NCBI RefSeq assembly: GCF_963921235.1
Contig: NC_086097.1
Coordinates: forward strand, 232,874,001-232,938,000
Reading direction: 5' to 3'
DNA from: Mobula hypostoma
Taxonomy: Eukaryota
Length of the DNA stretch: 64,000 bases
Shown here piece by piece: positions 1 through 12,235 of the stretch. The notes under the pieces are model-generated. The model did not search any database and had not been told where the DNA came from. It saw nothing but the letters and a program-made list of their open reading frames with translations. The position numbers and the translations under genes are program-made. Every line of letters starts with the position of its first letter. Position 1 is the stretch's first letter.

Positions 1-690
1 CAGGGCCTTATAAAGCCTCATCAGTTCATCCTTGCTTTTATCTACCAGTCTATATGTTGGAGATGGTCATTTCCTGGTATTAGAGAGACAATAATGTCAC
101 AAGCTGTTTATCAGATTATCTCTAGATATTAGCCAATATTTTTCATACAGACATGAATTATTTTATTACCAAAGAAGGCATCACATCTGATCCGATGATG
201 AGAGAGATGTTTAGAGCACAGTGAATTTGTTCATCTCTGCAGCCAGCCATGTTGTACACTAACCGGATGAGCTTATCAGCATGATACTGCCTGTTTGTTA
301 CAGGATAATATGTGACCAGTGACTTTGATCCTAACAAAATCAAAGCAGAACAAATCAATTAATAAATATTAACCATGATGCATTGTAGAAGGTCAAATTT
401 ACGTGGGACTGCTTTTATAATTCACTCAATGTTTTATGAATAAAGATAGGCTCTAAAAATAATGACAATAGCAGTTTTGAATTTGTTCACAGCTTTCTGC
501 TTGTGATGTTATAGCGCTAACAATAGTCACAAATTATCCCTATAAAAGTGGCATCACATTAATGTTATAACAATGCTGTTGTGATAAATTCCACTCAGGC
601 TGCTCTGTGATCTATCTGTAAGTTTGGCTGGAGAATTAAGCTTAATTTGAATACCTACTATATTAATATTACAAGTAGATTTATTCAAAG

Positions 691-945
691 CAGCACACAC
701 ACAATGCTGGAGGAACTCAGCAGATCGGGCTGTATCTTTGGAAATAAATGGATAGTCGATATTTCGGGCCAAAACCCTTCTTCAGGACTGAGATGAAAGG
801 GGGAATATGCTAGAATAACAAGTTAGGGGGATGGGAGAACGGCTAGCTGGAAGGTGATGGGTGAAGCCAGGTGGATGGGAAAGGTCAAGGGCTGGAGAAG
901 AAGGAATCTGATAGGAGAGGAGAAAGGAAAAGAGGAGGAACCCAG
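691..945 (-). mobile_element. Penelope-like element (PLE) 3' end fragment with hammerhead motif
   Basis: Matches the 3' end that follows the GIY-YIG frame in longer copies (32185-32810, 17656-18355). Confidence 0.8.
753..790 (-). ncRNA. Minimal type I hammerhead ribozyme motif
   Basis: Minus strand reads CAGUC CUGAAGA agggttttggccc GAAA U AUC GACUA: CUGANGA and GAAA core, stem I AGUC/GACU, palindromic stem III AUAU. Confidence 0.65.
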
Positions 946-1729
946 GGTATTCCCTGTGGAGGAAACACTCCCTGTGGAAAGTGAGGTGGGGTTGTGGGGG
1001 GGGGGGAATAGGTAAAGATATGTTTAGTGGTAGGGTCTCTTTGGAGATGGCAGAAGTTGTGGAGAATAATGTGTTGGATGACAAGAGTGACTCTATCACT
1101 GTTAAGGTGGTGGAAAGATTGGGTGAGTGCGGATTATTCAAACACTTATTCAAAGATTTTCAGACTTTGAAACAACCAAACTTTACCCCATTAACACTTC
1201 TGCAATAAAAATTACTGTGGGCGTTTTTAAAGCATTTATTAAGTGGTAAATTTTGCCATCTGTAGCTAAAAGTAGGTCAGGCACATTAAGCTAAAATTAA
1301 TAACTACCAGGATCATCAAGAGAATTAAATTAAATTAGCAAAAGAAGGATGATATCAGAATTGAACTGACAGGTTCTCAAAGGAATAGCTTATAATCATT
1401 TTGTTGTAACACCAAGCCACCACAGTTTGTTAGTTGAAGGCATTTAGGGAGCCTGGTTAATAATATGACTTCAAACTTGATACTACCACCATTAAAGAAA
1501 CAAATTATCAGATCGAGATTACCTGAGCTGGACTGCAACAAGTTTTATAAATTTCTTTTACATTGCTTACTCAGAGATTAATGGTGTGGCCAGCCTGCAG
1601 TTGTGCTATGACCATATTCTGGGCATGTTATTTCTGTATAAAATATGTGTAGCTACCCCATATAATCAGCTGATTTATGTGTAAATGTGAAGGTTAATTG
1701 CTTAAAGGGTGGGATAATTATGGTAAGGC

Positions 1730-2066
1730 AGAATGTGATAAAGCCCTATCCCATCCCGGACACTGCCTGTTCAATCTCCTGTCATCTGGTCGGAGATACA
1801 GAAACATTTTAGCCAACACAGTTAGACTGAAGAACAACTTGTTCCCAAGGGTTGTTTTGCAGCTGAATAATGCAATACCCCCACTTGCCAATGACCTTTG
1901 AGTGTTATGAACTATCGAAGTCACTTGTTGCATATAAATATGGGATTCTTTTTTTAAATTTAGCCATACTGCATGCATTGTAAATATCTGTTTTGCATGG
2001 ATTGAAGCAGCACCACAAGCTCATTGTCTGGAGCAATGACAATAAAGTTCCATTCCATTCTATTCT
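1730..2066 (+). mobile_element. Rex1/Babar-like LINE 3' end
   Basis: HPGHCLFNLLSSGRRYR...TVRLKNNLFP C-terminal motif; AATAAA followed by a (ttcca/ttcta)n tail. Confidence 0.75.
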
Positions 2067-2437
2067 GAGGCGTGGTATTTAATATTCAGGAAAGCTGAAA
2101 GAAATTTTTTTTTAAAAGAAGACCTTCCAGATTTAATGCATATATTCTCTGGTTATAAGCCCTAGACTGACACAAGAAGAGCGAAAAAGGCTAATGGGAT
2201 GGTGGAAGGAGATTCAGGGGCTCCGATGAGATGGGTGTTGGCAAGGCAGGAGTGATAGATGTGGGACTATGAGGAAGCCTGTGCAGGGGTGAGAGATTGA
2301 TTGTTGGTAAGGGTAGGCCAGAGGCTGATGAGGGCAGACGGAAAGTTCAGTCATGGGAAGATCATGATGACCGAGCAAATGAGGACAGCAGGTCAACAAT
2401 CTTATTGAGGGGATGGACCAGAATCATCCATCTTCCA

Positions 2438-2522
2438 GCAACACACATCAAAGTTGCTGGTGAATGCAGCAGGCCAGGCAGCATCTCTAGGAAGAGGTAC
2501 AGTCGACGTTTCAGACCGAGAC
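2438..2522 (-). mobile_element. PLE 3' end fragment, truncated inside the hammerhead
   Basis: Near-identical to 20918-21002; lacks the CUGANGA half. Confidence 0.8.
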
Positions 2523-3689
2523 GGCTCTAGAATGTGCATCATTCCCCTCGGACACACATCAATATGGAAGGAGAAGAGTACATAAAGATGAGTAGAATAA
2601 GGTAGTCTGGCAAAATTAATCACAGCTACATACAACCCTATCTATAGAACACGGCTTTTGAAGTCGTTTTCAGGAGCTTTATGTTTGAAGCTGACATTTG
2701 ATTCCTGTGTGACCTTTCACACAAATATCATAAACCTTGCTTCACTGCCAGACAGGTTTGCTGTTGCTATTGAAATCTTCACCGACTGTATTTATTTTTC
2801 ATCAAAAGCTTTAAAAGCTGATAGTGTATCTGTACAATATCAGCCAGGAGTCACTCCCTCCTTTCTGAAGGGCTTGCAGATTTTCCTGTGAAACATGCAC
2901 AGCTCTGATGAAATATTCTCCTGTAATTCACCTTCTGCTGAAGGTTAACTTGTCCCTGAGTAGGAATCCAGTGAGTTTTGCAATTAAACCAGAATTAATT
3001 CTAACTGGAAATAAAGGTCACTTTTCCAGGATTATTTCAGCAATTTTGACACAACAGATCAAATGATCTAACAAATGCCAGGTAGAAATTACAGTACGAG
3101 ATTCAGATTCCCAAACAATTTTGCATTGATCAACCTTCATTGAGGAAAGGGGAGGCTGGCTGCAGCTACAAAAGAAGGTGAAAGATGATAGAGAAGAAAT
3201 TCCTCAGCAGGAGACCATACGGATTCAAGGTGTCCAGTCCAAATCTCTGGCCTATCTTCAGACACATGGAAATGCTTGAAACACCTGAACTTCAGTAAGG
3301 ATATCCTTAGTAAAATCTGCAAAGTGTTCTCAAGAGGGGACAGGCCTCATTGCTGATGGCTTTTCAGCTCATTTTGTGCTAGAATTGGAAATAAATGCAA
3401 CAGCCTATACATTTACTAATGATCTCTGTTGAAAGAGAGCTAACTGGGGTTCATTCTTTCCTGTCTCAATGAGCAAGAGCACCCTTTGCAAGGATTTCAG
3501 GCTCACTATAGCACAGGCTGCCATTGACTGCACAGTTTGAGTCCATTGTCTGTTTACTCTGAAAAATATCACAACCATAAAGTCTATCTGGTCCAAAGCA
3601 ACATTCAGGTCAATATATGACATCCTAATCCTGATCACAACACTCAAATTTCAAATTCATACATAAAATAAAAATCACAGCTTTTTATC

Positions 3690-3930
3690 AAAAGTGTCTC
3701 AACCCGAAATGTCAACTGCTTATTCCCCTCCATGGAAGCTGCCTGACCTACTGAGCTCCTTTGGCACTTCATAAACATGAGAAAGCCTGCTGATGTTGGC
3801 AACCCAAAGTAACACGCACAATATGCTGGTAGAACTCAGCAGGTCAGGCAGCATCTATGGAAAAGAGTAAGCAGTCGACATTTTGGGCCGAGCCCTTCAT
3901 CAGCACTGGAAAGCAAGGGAGAAGATGCCA
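3690..3930. mobile_element. Two degenerate PLE ends in inverted (tail-to-tail) arrangement
   Basis: Plus-strand remnant ~3690-3770 (cccgaaatgtcaactg...gctgcctgacctactgag) and minus-strand copy ~3775-3930. Confidence 0.7.
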
Positions 3931-4203
3931 GCATTTTGTGCACATTTATCAGAAGACCACATTTTCAAACTGGATCCTCTTTTGATATTTTTCAATGCTG
4001 ACCAACAGTTCTGTTTGTGAACTCTTCCTCCAATGAACAAAGGCGTGACCCCTTTCTCATTGCAGAATCATCACGTGTAGACGAGCAGCAGAAGGACGAG
4101 GGGATGGAATTGGTGGGCAGACGGTGAAGGATGAACTACAGGAAAATGGAGGAGAATAGGATTACTCCGAGAGCTGGTGTAGCTGAATGGCCCCCTCTGC
4201 ATT

Positions 4204-4614
4204 ATCGTCGTCGTGGCTATCCCTCGAGGTTGAGGATGATGGTCTTTGTTCCGTACAGAGCGAAGACGCCTGTGCGAGTATTTGTTTAAAGTGTACTTGA
4301 TGTTGCACTCCAAGAAGCACACAATACTTCACAAATCAACCAACTAATTCCAAATGGCATGGAAACCACAATGATTGGAGCTGATGAATATGTTGCAGCC
4401 TTCATTCGCCTTCACAGCCGTTGAGTTTGAAGTAACTTCGTCCGCCTGTTCCACCGTTGTGGTCTTGGTTGGATTGTTCTTTGTCAGGGATCTCACCCTT
4501 GACTGTACCACATGGGTGACCCTACCAGGAGCATAGCTCCAGACGGCATCGCTCTCGGGATCTCAGGATCACACAAGCTTCTCCACCGCGACAAGGTGAC
4601 AATCCACGGAGAAG
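4204..4614 (-). mobile_element. Short non-autonomous RTE-type retroposon, 411 bp, complete
   Basis: 8-bp TSD tctgcatt at 4196-4203 and 4615-4622; (acg)n tail; no ORF; homologous copies at 5190-5673 and 16203-16535; RTE assignment by resemblance of 5' UTR and 3' end. Confidence 0.7.
4471..4614 (-). ncRNA. Candidate HDV-like ribozyme / nested pseudoknot at retroposon 5' end
   Basis: P1 CUUCUCC/GGAGAAG, P2 GGAUUGU/ACAAUCC, P3 ACC/GGU, L3 UUGUCGC, J4/2-like CAAA, in HDV strand order; folded by hand only. Confidence 0.55.
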
Positions 4615-5189
4615 TCTGCATTTTATGGGAAATATGACCATTCTACACCATGCACTCTTCTGAATATAATGACTCATTAAAGTACCCTTGGCTCTGAAGT
4701 CTAAACACTCACATATATAGACTCCTCTGTACATTATAAAAGACATACACCTGTCCAGGAACCAGGCCCTCTGCAGCAATTGAGTGTGTTACCATGGAGG
4801 TGTGTCTAGGCTGGGGAGAGCAAATCAGACATGTGGGGGAGGGGGGAAGAACAGTCTCATAGCATCCAGCAGGTGTTGATGAGAACAACTGTAGGATCCC
4901 GGTGCTTTGTCAACTCCTGGAGTATGTGTTCATCAATGGCCCACTCACTATACTGGGTTGGATGAAGCCCTGATTCCACATCTCTCCTCTGAGTGGCCCT
5001 TTCACTTGCCTTGGGAGTTACTCAATATCGCAACTCCCTGGCCTCTGTGCATTGTCTCAGTGGCTTATTCCATTCTGAGCCATATGGTAATGAGATCAGT
5101 CACAGACTCACAGGGGCATCAAGTCATACAACAAGGAAACAAGCTTTCCAGCCCACACGCTAGTAATGAGGTCACTCGAGTCGAGTAAG

Positions 5190-5673
5190 ATGTTCTCCTA
5201 AGGGTCGTCTATTGGTTGTAGAGGTTGATCCAGGATCCTCGTATTCTGATGTCGTGTGGATCAGACCTCATAACCCTGCCTTCTTCTGTACTTGTGCATC
5301 ACGAGACAAGGAACGCCTCCGTGTGACTTTGTTTAACATGGGGAGGCTGATGCACGGGCAGTCAACACATGGTCCTTGACAGATCGGGGTCAGGGTACAG
5401 TGAGATGAAATGCAAGAACACTGGAGATCCCTCACAGCTGCAGCCTTCCTCCATCTTCAGTGCTGTTGTGATGTGCCATCATCTTAACGCAAACTCCACC
5501 ACTGAGGTGTTGGTTGGATCGCTCTGTCTGGAACTTTCCCCTTGACCTTACTACCATGGGTGACGCTACCGGGAGCCAAGCACCAGATGGCTAAACTCCA
5601 GGTGGCATCATTTTTGAGATTTCAAGATCTCACAAGTCTCTCCACCACAACAAGGTGATGATCATTGGAGAAG
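5190..5673 (-). mobile_element. Diverged second copy of the RTE-type non-autonomous element
   Basis: Starts with the same cttctcc 5' terminus; shares accttg..ggtggag, gctcc.ggtag.gtcacccatgg, gtcaaggg and gatccaacc blocks; left boundary approximate. Confidence 0.65.
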
Positions 5674-5699
5674 TACCTGCTGCATACACCAATTAGATG

Positions 5700-5930
5700 C
5701 ATGGTAGTGTAGTGGTTAGCACAATGCTTTACATTACAGGTAAAGGAGTTTGTATGTTCTCTCCATGAGTTTCCTCTGGGTGCTCCGGTTTCCTCTCAGA
5801 ATCCAAAGTTGGGAGGTTAATTGGTCATTGTAAATTGTCCTGTTATTGGGCAAGGGGATTGCTGGGCAGCATGGCTCGAAGAGCAGGAAGGGCCTATTCT
5901 GCACTGTATCTCAATAAAATAAAATAAAAT
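5700..5930 (+). mobile_element. tRNA-derived V-SINE/HE1-like SINE
   Basis: A-box-like gtagtggttag, V-domain-like gtttgtatgttctc...gggtgctccggtttcctc, CR1-like 3' end and (taaaa)n tail. Confidence 0.7.
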
Positions 5931-6412
5931 CCTACAATCATCCCATTTTATACTCCCCACATCCCCCTCAAATTCAACAGATTCTACCTCTCAACTTTAC
6001 ATCAGGACCAATCAACTACCAACTTGCATGTCTTTTGGAGATGGAAGGAAACTAGAGGTCCCTGGAGGAAACCATCACAGGGTTCAGAAGTAGGACAGCG
6101 GGGCGTATGTCATTGGCCTGACGAGGCCATTAACATTAACTTCCTTTAGGTTTGGAGGAGTTTTCTGACTCTGCATTGCTGCTACCTCTCCAGTACTTTG
6201 AAGCATCTTCTCCACACAGTGAGCACCAGAGATTAGGATTCAATCTGCATCACTGGAGGCATTTCTTTTTTTCCACTTCTTCATTCTTGACTTTTTAACC
6301 ACTTATAAATCCCTGAGCTCTGATTACCAATCAAAAAGCCAACAGAAATTATTTATTCTCGTCCACTTTGGTAACATCTTTCACCATCTTGAAAATCTGC
6401 TTGTTAGCCCTT

Positions 6413-6810
6413 AATCATGGGCTGAGGTCGAAACGTTCGGCAGAGATGGTGCTCGGTGCTTGGTGTTGGAGGGCTGATCGGAGCTTGAAGTTTTCGGATG
6501 ACTCAGAGTTGGACTGTGGTCGGGCATGGCAGGAAGAGTTTTCTTCCTTCTCCTGTCTGTGTGAGGTGTGGGGCTTTCAAGAGACTTAGAACTTTTTTTT
6601 ACTGTGCCCATGGCCTGTTTTTCATCAAGTTATGGTATTGTTGCACTGTTGTAACTATATGTTATAATTATGTGGTTTTTGTTAGTTTTTCAGTTTTGGT
6701 CTGTCCTGTGTTTCTGTGATATCACACCAGAGGAATATTGTATCATTTCTTAATGCATGCATTACTAAATGACAATAAAAGAGGACTGTGTGTCCCTCAT
6801 AATCTAATAA
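6413..6810 (+). mobile_element. 5'-truncated copy of the non-coding retroposon at 53167-53791
   Basis: Reverse-complement match to ~53180-53570; AATAAA, gaggac..gtcc(c)tc hairpin, aatcta tail. Confidence 0.8.
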
Positions 6811-6849
6811 TATAATCATCAAATTCTCCTTCTAACTTAAGTCACTTTT

Positions 6850-7440
6850 CCCATGGGCTTGTGAACAGAGTTGGCTGAGCAAATATAGGACATCAAGGTA
6901 GGAGTTGTCTTGGGTGAGGACTTGGACGTTTTTTCTCTTATTCTTCCTGCATATTTGGAGGAGCTTTTCAAATTGGCAGTGCTGGTCCAGTGCCTTGAGA
7001 AATCTACTGTAGGTATTGCAGGTCTCTGAAGAATACAACAACACAGGAATCACTGGTGTTCGGTAGGCCAGAAGCTTAATCTTTAAAATCGCTTGAAATT
7101 GATCCACTGAAGGCTGTGCTGTTACATTGAAGGTGATAATGTACTGTACTGTTGAAAGATAATTTTCAAGGTAGCAGAAAATTTTTCCATTTCTCGCTGT
7201 GAACCTTTATGGTTGGAGAACAGTGCTGTACAGTGGAGAGAACATCCTTATAGAGGTCGAGTGTAAGACCCATCTCTGGGTGTGCTTGAGTAAATTGATA
7301 GTGGCTTTAAGTGTATTGCAGATTGTCTGCTGAGGTTGAGATGAGATGATATTAGTTCTGGGGTATAATGGTTGAACATTCCTCATTAGTTCTGAGGAGG
7401 TTCATTGAAGGTGATGTAAAGCATTGCAGTGAGAAAGATT
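6850..7440 (-). mobile_element. Degenerate RTE-clade LINE RT/C-terminal fragment
   Basis: KLLAYRTPVIPVLLYSSETC...LLQICRKNKRKNVQVL resembles RTE LLYGxETW...LRxILxIxWxDxxxNxEVL. Confidence 0.6.
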
Positions 7441-7461
7441 GAAAAATGTTTTATGATATAC

Positions 7462-7970
7462 TGACATTGGAGAGGGTTCAGAGAAGATTCACGTGAATGA
7501 TTCCAGGAATGAAAGGGTTACCATATGAGGAACGTCTGGCAGCTCTTGGGCTGTATTCCCTGGAGTTCAGGAGAATGATGGGAATCGCGAAGAAAATTCT
7601 GAATGTTAAAAGGCCTGAACAGATTAGATATGACAAAGTTATTTCCCATGATAGGGGAGTTTAGGACAAGAAGGCACGACTTTGTAAGATTGAAGGATGT
7701 CTTTTTAGAAGAGAGATGCAGAGAAATTACTTTAGTCAGAGGGTGGTAAATCTGTGGAACTTGTTGCCATGTGTGGCCGTGGAGGCCAAGTCATTGGGTG
7801 CATTTAAGGCAGAGATAGATAGGTTCTTGATTAGCCAGGGCATCAAAGGGTATGGGTTGAAAGCAGGGGAGTGGGGATGACTGGAAGAATTGGATCAGCC
7901 CATGATTGAATAGCGGATCAGACTTGGTCTAATTGGCCTACTTCTGCTCCTGTATCTTATTGTCTTATGA
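7462..7970 (+). mobile_element. CR1 LINE 3' fragment
   Basis: [27 protein letters not shown] motif; tcttat..tcttatg tail. Confidence 0.85.
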
Positions 7971-9111
7971 TATTGGTGCAACCTTGTTCGACACAGGTCT
8001 TCAATGACGTTCACTCTGCAGTAGACTCACTGACGAGATTCATGTGACCATGAAGCCAACATGAGCTTAATCCAAAAGTTTTTGTGGCAAAACTGAATTT
8101 GAAGAAATTGCTCCTTAGTTTGTCATGGCAAAGAACAGTGAAGAATTAATTAGAAAAGCATTTTGCTTGGTAATGGAACTATTTATTTAAATAAGACAGA
8201 TGCATTCCCTGACATGGCTGACGCTCCATAAACTTGCTATTCTATTGTATTTGTAATTTTGCCTTAAAAATAAATTAATAGAACTTTCATTAAGGTTTCA
8301 TATCTCTTTTTTAAATATGATCCGAATGCTGGGATTTATGGATTTGCTTTATTGATTTATGAGATGGATCTTTCTTAAGTGATTTATCACATCCATTAAC
8401 AGTTGTTTGGATTTGAAACTACTCATTTAAAAAATAAAACTTGATTAAAGTGCAACTAATTGGAACTAAATCATCATTGTCTGTTTATGCCTCATCCTTT
8501 ACTGTTTTATTTGACATTTTGGACACAAATGCGTTGTTTAAAGAGGAAACATGAATGATGTCAGCACATTGTAGCAATGTGCAAAAATGTATTAATTCAA
8601 CGAATTTAGGGAAAGATGTTTAATGATTGCATTCTATTCCCTGCGTACATTATAATGAATAATTGATACTTTATAACTAAAGACATGAGTAATGTTATTT
8701 GCATACTTGTGTCCTTGCATTTATCAACTTCCCAACATTACTTACCTCCTTGTAGATAAAGGAGATAAACATCAGACGGGAGTGGACCAGCTTGGGACGA
8801 GAAAATTGAAAATTCAATTTTCTGATTCTCCCCATGGAAAAAATAATGAACCCTTAGCATCAAAACAATGTGAGGCTTGAGATCTCACATCAGTTTGCTC
8901 TCATTATTCAATACTTACTTCAATGTTGACACACAGTGACACTGCAGGGAATACAGCTCTTTCACAACAAGACTGATCGGGTTTTGATTCTGACCTCCAG
9001 TGCTGTGTGGAGTCTGTATCATCTCCCTGTGACGATATTAAGAGAAAAAAGCGTGGCTGGGGAAAACGTAGGTGCCTTAGAAATCGGAATGGCTTCCCAT
9101 TTACAATGGTG

Positions 9112-9565
9112 TTGTCTGGTTTGGAGCACGTGCCTTATGAGAATAGATTGAACTTGGCCTTTTCCACTTGGGGTGACGGAGGATGAGAGGTGACCTGATA
9201 GAGGTGTATAAGATGAGAGGCGTTGATTGTGTGGATAGCCAGGGGCTTTTTCCCAGGGCTGAAGTGGCTAACACAAGGGGCCATAGTTTTAAGGTGCTTG
9301 GAAGTCTGTTCAGAGGAGATGACAGGGGTAAGTTTTTCCACATAGAGAGTGGTGGGTGTACGGAACGCACTGCCGGCAACGGTGGCAGAGCTGGATACAA
9401 TAGGGTCTTTTAAGAGACTCTTAGATAGGTACATGGAGCTTAGAAGAATAGAGGGCTATGCGCTAGGGAAATTCTAGGCAGCTTCTAGAGTAGGTTACAT
9501 GGTCGGCACAACATTGTGGGCCGAAGGGCCTGTAATGTGCTATAAATTTTTATGTCCTATGTCTT
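9112..9565 (+). mobile_element. CR1 LINE 3' fragment
   Basis: MRGDLIEVYKM...TRGHSFKV; 3' ggccgaagggcc hairpin and tail. Confidence 0.85.
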
Positions 9566-10217
9566 AATCCACAGGAGATGGAAAGGAATAGTAACGAGCA
9601 TTTCTCCTCAGTGTTTATTGACAAAATCATGGCTGCTCAAGAGATAAGGAAAACAAATGGAGGTATTTTGAAGAACATTCATATTGCTAGGGAGGAGACA
9701 TTTGCTGTCTTGCAGCACATTGTGGCACGTTAAGGCCTGACTGAGTGCATCCTCAGACTTTGTAGGAGTCTGGAGGTTGCAGAGTTCCTTGCAAATGGAC
9801 TCTTGGCCTTACTATCTAGCTTGTTATGATCTTGTACTTTATTGTTAGCCTGCATTTCACTTCTTAGGTAGCTTTTCACTCTATTCTGCATTGTTTTACT
9901 TTATTCTGCCTCAATGCACTGTGTAATGATTTGATCTGTACAAACAGTATGCTCCAAAATTTGAATAGACTAGAGTCTGATTAGGAGTCATCAGCATTAC
10001 TTTGTGCATTTGCTGAAATCCTTTAGGGTTCTTTGAGATTGTAACCACAGAGATAGATGATGGTAGATTAGTGGATGCCATCTATTTGGACTTCAGTAGG
10101 CCTGCTGAATCAGAATCAGGTTTATATCACTGGCACATTGTATGTTGTGAAATGTGTTGTTTTGTGGCAGCAGTACAATGCAATACATCAAAAAACTATA
10201 AATTACAATATATATGG

Positions 10218-10800
10218 CAACACATAAAGTGATGGAGGACCTCAGCAGGACAGGTGACATTTATGGAAGCGACTAAACAATTGATGTTTCAGGTCGAAAC
10301 TCTTCTTCAGGACTGGAAAGGAAGGGGGAAAACACCAAAATAAAAAGATGGGATGAGGGGATGGAGGACTAGCTAGAGGGTGATCGGTGAAGTCAGGTGG
10401 GTGGGAAAGGTAAAGGGCTGGAGAGGAAGGAATCTAGTACGAGAGGAGAAAGAGCCATGGTGAAAAGAAAAGGAGGAGCACGAGGGTGAGGTGACAGACG
10501 GGCAAGAAGAGATAAGAGTTCAGAATAGGGAATAGAAGAGGGAAGGGCAGGAGTTTTTTTTTACCGGAAGGATCAATGTTCATGCCATCAGGTTGGATGC
10601 TGCCCAGATGGAACTTGAGGTGTTGTTCCTCCACCCTGAGAGTGGTCTCATCATGGCTAAAGAAGGGGCTAAGGACCAATATTTTGGAATGGGAATAAGA
10701 ATTAAAATGATTATCCACCAGGAAATTCTACTTTTGGCAAATAGAGCAGAGGTGCTCGACTAAGTGGTCCCCCAGTTTATGACAGATCTTATCAATGTGT
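10218..10800 (-). mobile_element. PLE fragment: GIY-YIG C-terminus plus degenerate hammerhead end
   Basis: HFNS...LRVEEQHLKFHLGSIQPDGMNID; CUGAAGA...GAAAC at ~10278-10316. Confidence 0.8.
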
Positions 10801-11646
10801 CGCTTTGCACCTTCTACTGACAGTGGAAATTGTTACGCTGGTCGAAGCAACACACGAAGGCCAGGAACCAGACTTGGTTGTCAGAGGCTATTTGAGACAC
10901 AAGTCATTGGGAACACTTACTAGTCAAAGGGAGCTTACCATCACCATCTTCCCTGGCTATGACAACCTTAAGCTTTCGTTTACTTTCAAAAAAAACTGAA
11001 GGTTGTCATCAGTGAAAGGTTACAGACAAGGGGCAAATCCTGTGCCCAATGAGATTGTTCCTGATAAATTGCACTTTATTAATGACATTAATGAACACAT
11101 TGGTGTTATCAATGACTCCCTGGATGTTGCAATAGAACATTGTACCAGTACAGTTTAGTTAGACATTTGGAAATATATATCCATTGCCATCACTTGTTAA
11201 GAGGAAGGAGCAATAAATTTGCTCATTTAGTGCAACCCTGAACAAAAGTTCAAAGTTCAAAGTTTAAAATAAATTTATTATCAAAGTACATATAATCACC
11301 ATTTTCAATCCTGAGATTCGTTTTCTTGCGGGCATACTGAATAAATCCAAGACCCATAACAGAATCAATGAAAGATTGCAGCCAACAGATTGGACAAATG
11401 ATAAATGCACAGAAGACTACAAACTGCAAATACAAAAGAGAAAATAACAATTATAATAATGCCACAATACTAAACACCACTCAAATAGCCAAAAAGTTCA
11501 GAGCAATTGACAAATGAGTGTGCTTGGCTGAGAAAAAATAAATATATAATAAAAAACAACCTAAAGACCACAACAATACTACACAAGAAAATAATGAAGA
11601 TACAACTCAGCGAAACACTGATGAAAATACAATTATTTCAACTGTA

Positions 11647-12235
11647 ACAACAGGAATTCTACAGATGCTGGAAATTCAAGCAACACACATCAAAGTTGCT
11701 GGTAAACGCAGCAGGCCAGGCAGCATCTATTGGAAGAGTTTCAGTCGACGTTTCAGGCCGAGACCCTTTGTCAGGACTAACTGAAGGAAGAGTTAGTAAG
11801 AGATTTGAAAGTGAGAGGGGGAGGGGGAGATCCAAAATAATAGGAGAAGACAGGAGGGGGAGGGATGGAGCCAAGAGTTGGACAGGTGATTGGCAAAGGG
11901 GATATGAGAGGATCATGGGACAGGAGATCCAGGGAGAAAGATGGGCGGGGGGAAACAGAGGATAGGCAAGGGATATAGTCAGAGGCACAGAGGGAGAAAA
12001 AGGAGAGTGAGAGAAGGAATGTATGTATAAAAATAAATAATGGATGGGGTACTAGGGGGAGGTGGGGCACTAGCGGAAGTTAGAGAAGTCGATGTTCATG
12101 CCATCAGGTTGGAGGCTACCCAGACGGAATATAAGATGTTGTTCCTCCAACCTGAGTGTGGCTTCATCTTTACAGTAGAGGAGGCCGTGGATGGACATGT
12201 CAGAATGGGAATGGGACGTGGAATTAAAATGTGAT
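11647..12235 (-). mobile_element. Young PLE 3' fragment inserted in the R4/Dong element
   Basis: HFNSTSHSHSDMSIHGLLYCKDEATLRLEEQHLIFRLGSLQPDGMNIDFSNFR*; hammerhead 11742-11779 with core mutated to CUGACAA. Confidence 0.85.

Noticed and set aside
2438..2522. Hammerhead half-site
   Set aside because: Truncated before CUGANGA, so it cannot form the core in cis
5700..5745. tRNA gene
   Set aside because: Only an A-box-like remnant heading a SINE; no cloverleaf
11659..12070. Overlapping 90-110 aa ORFs (similar ones at 17913-18336 and 53898-54228)
   Set aside because: Low-complexity purine/pyrimidine-skewed PLE 3' UTR; recurring peptides reflect the repeat, not a gene family
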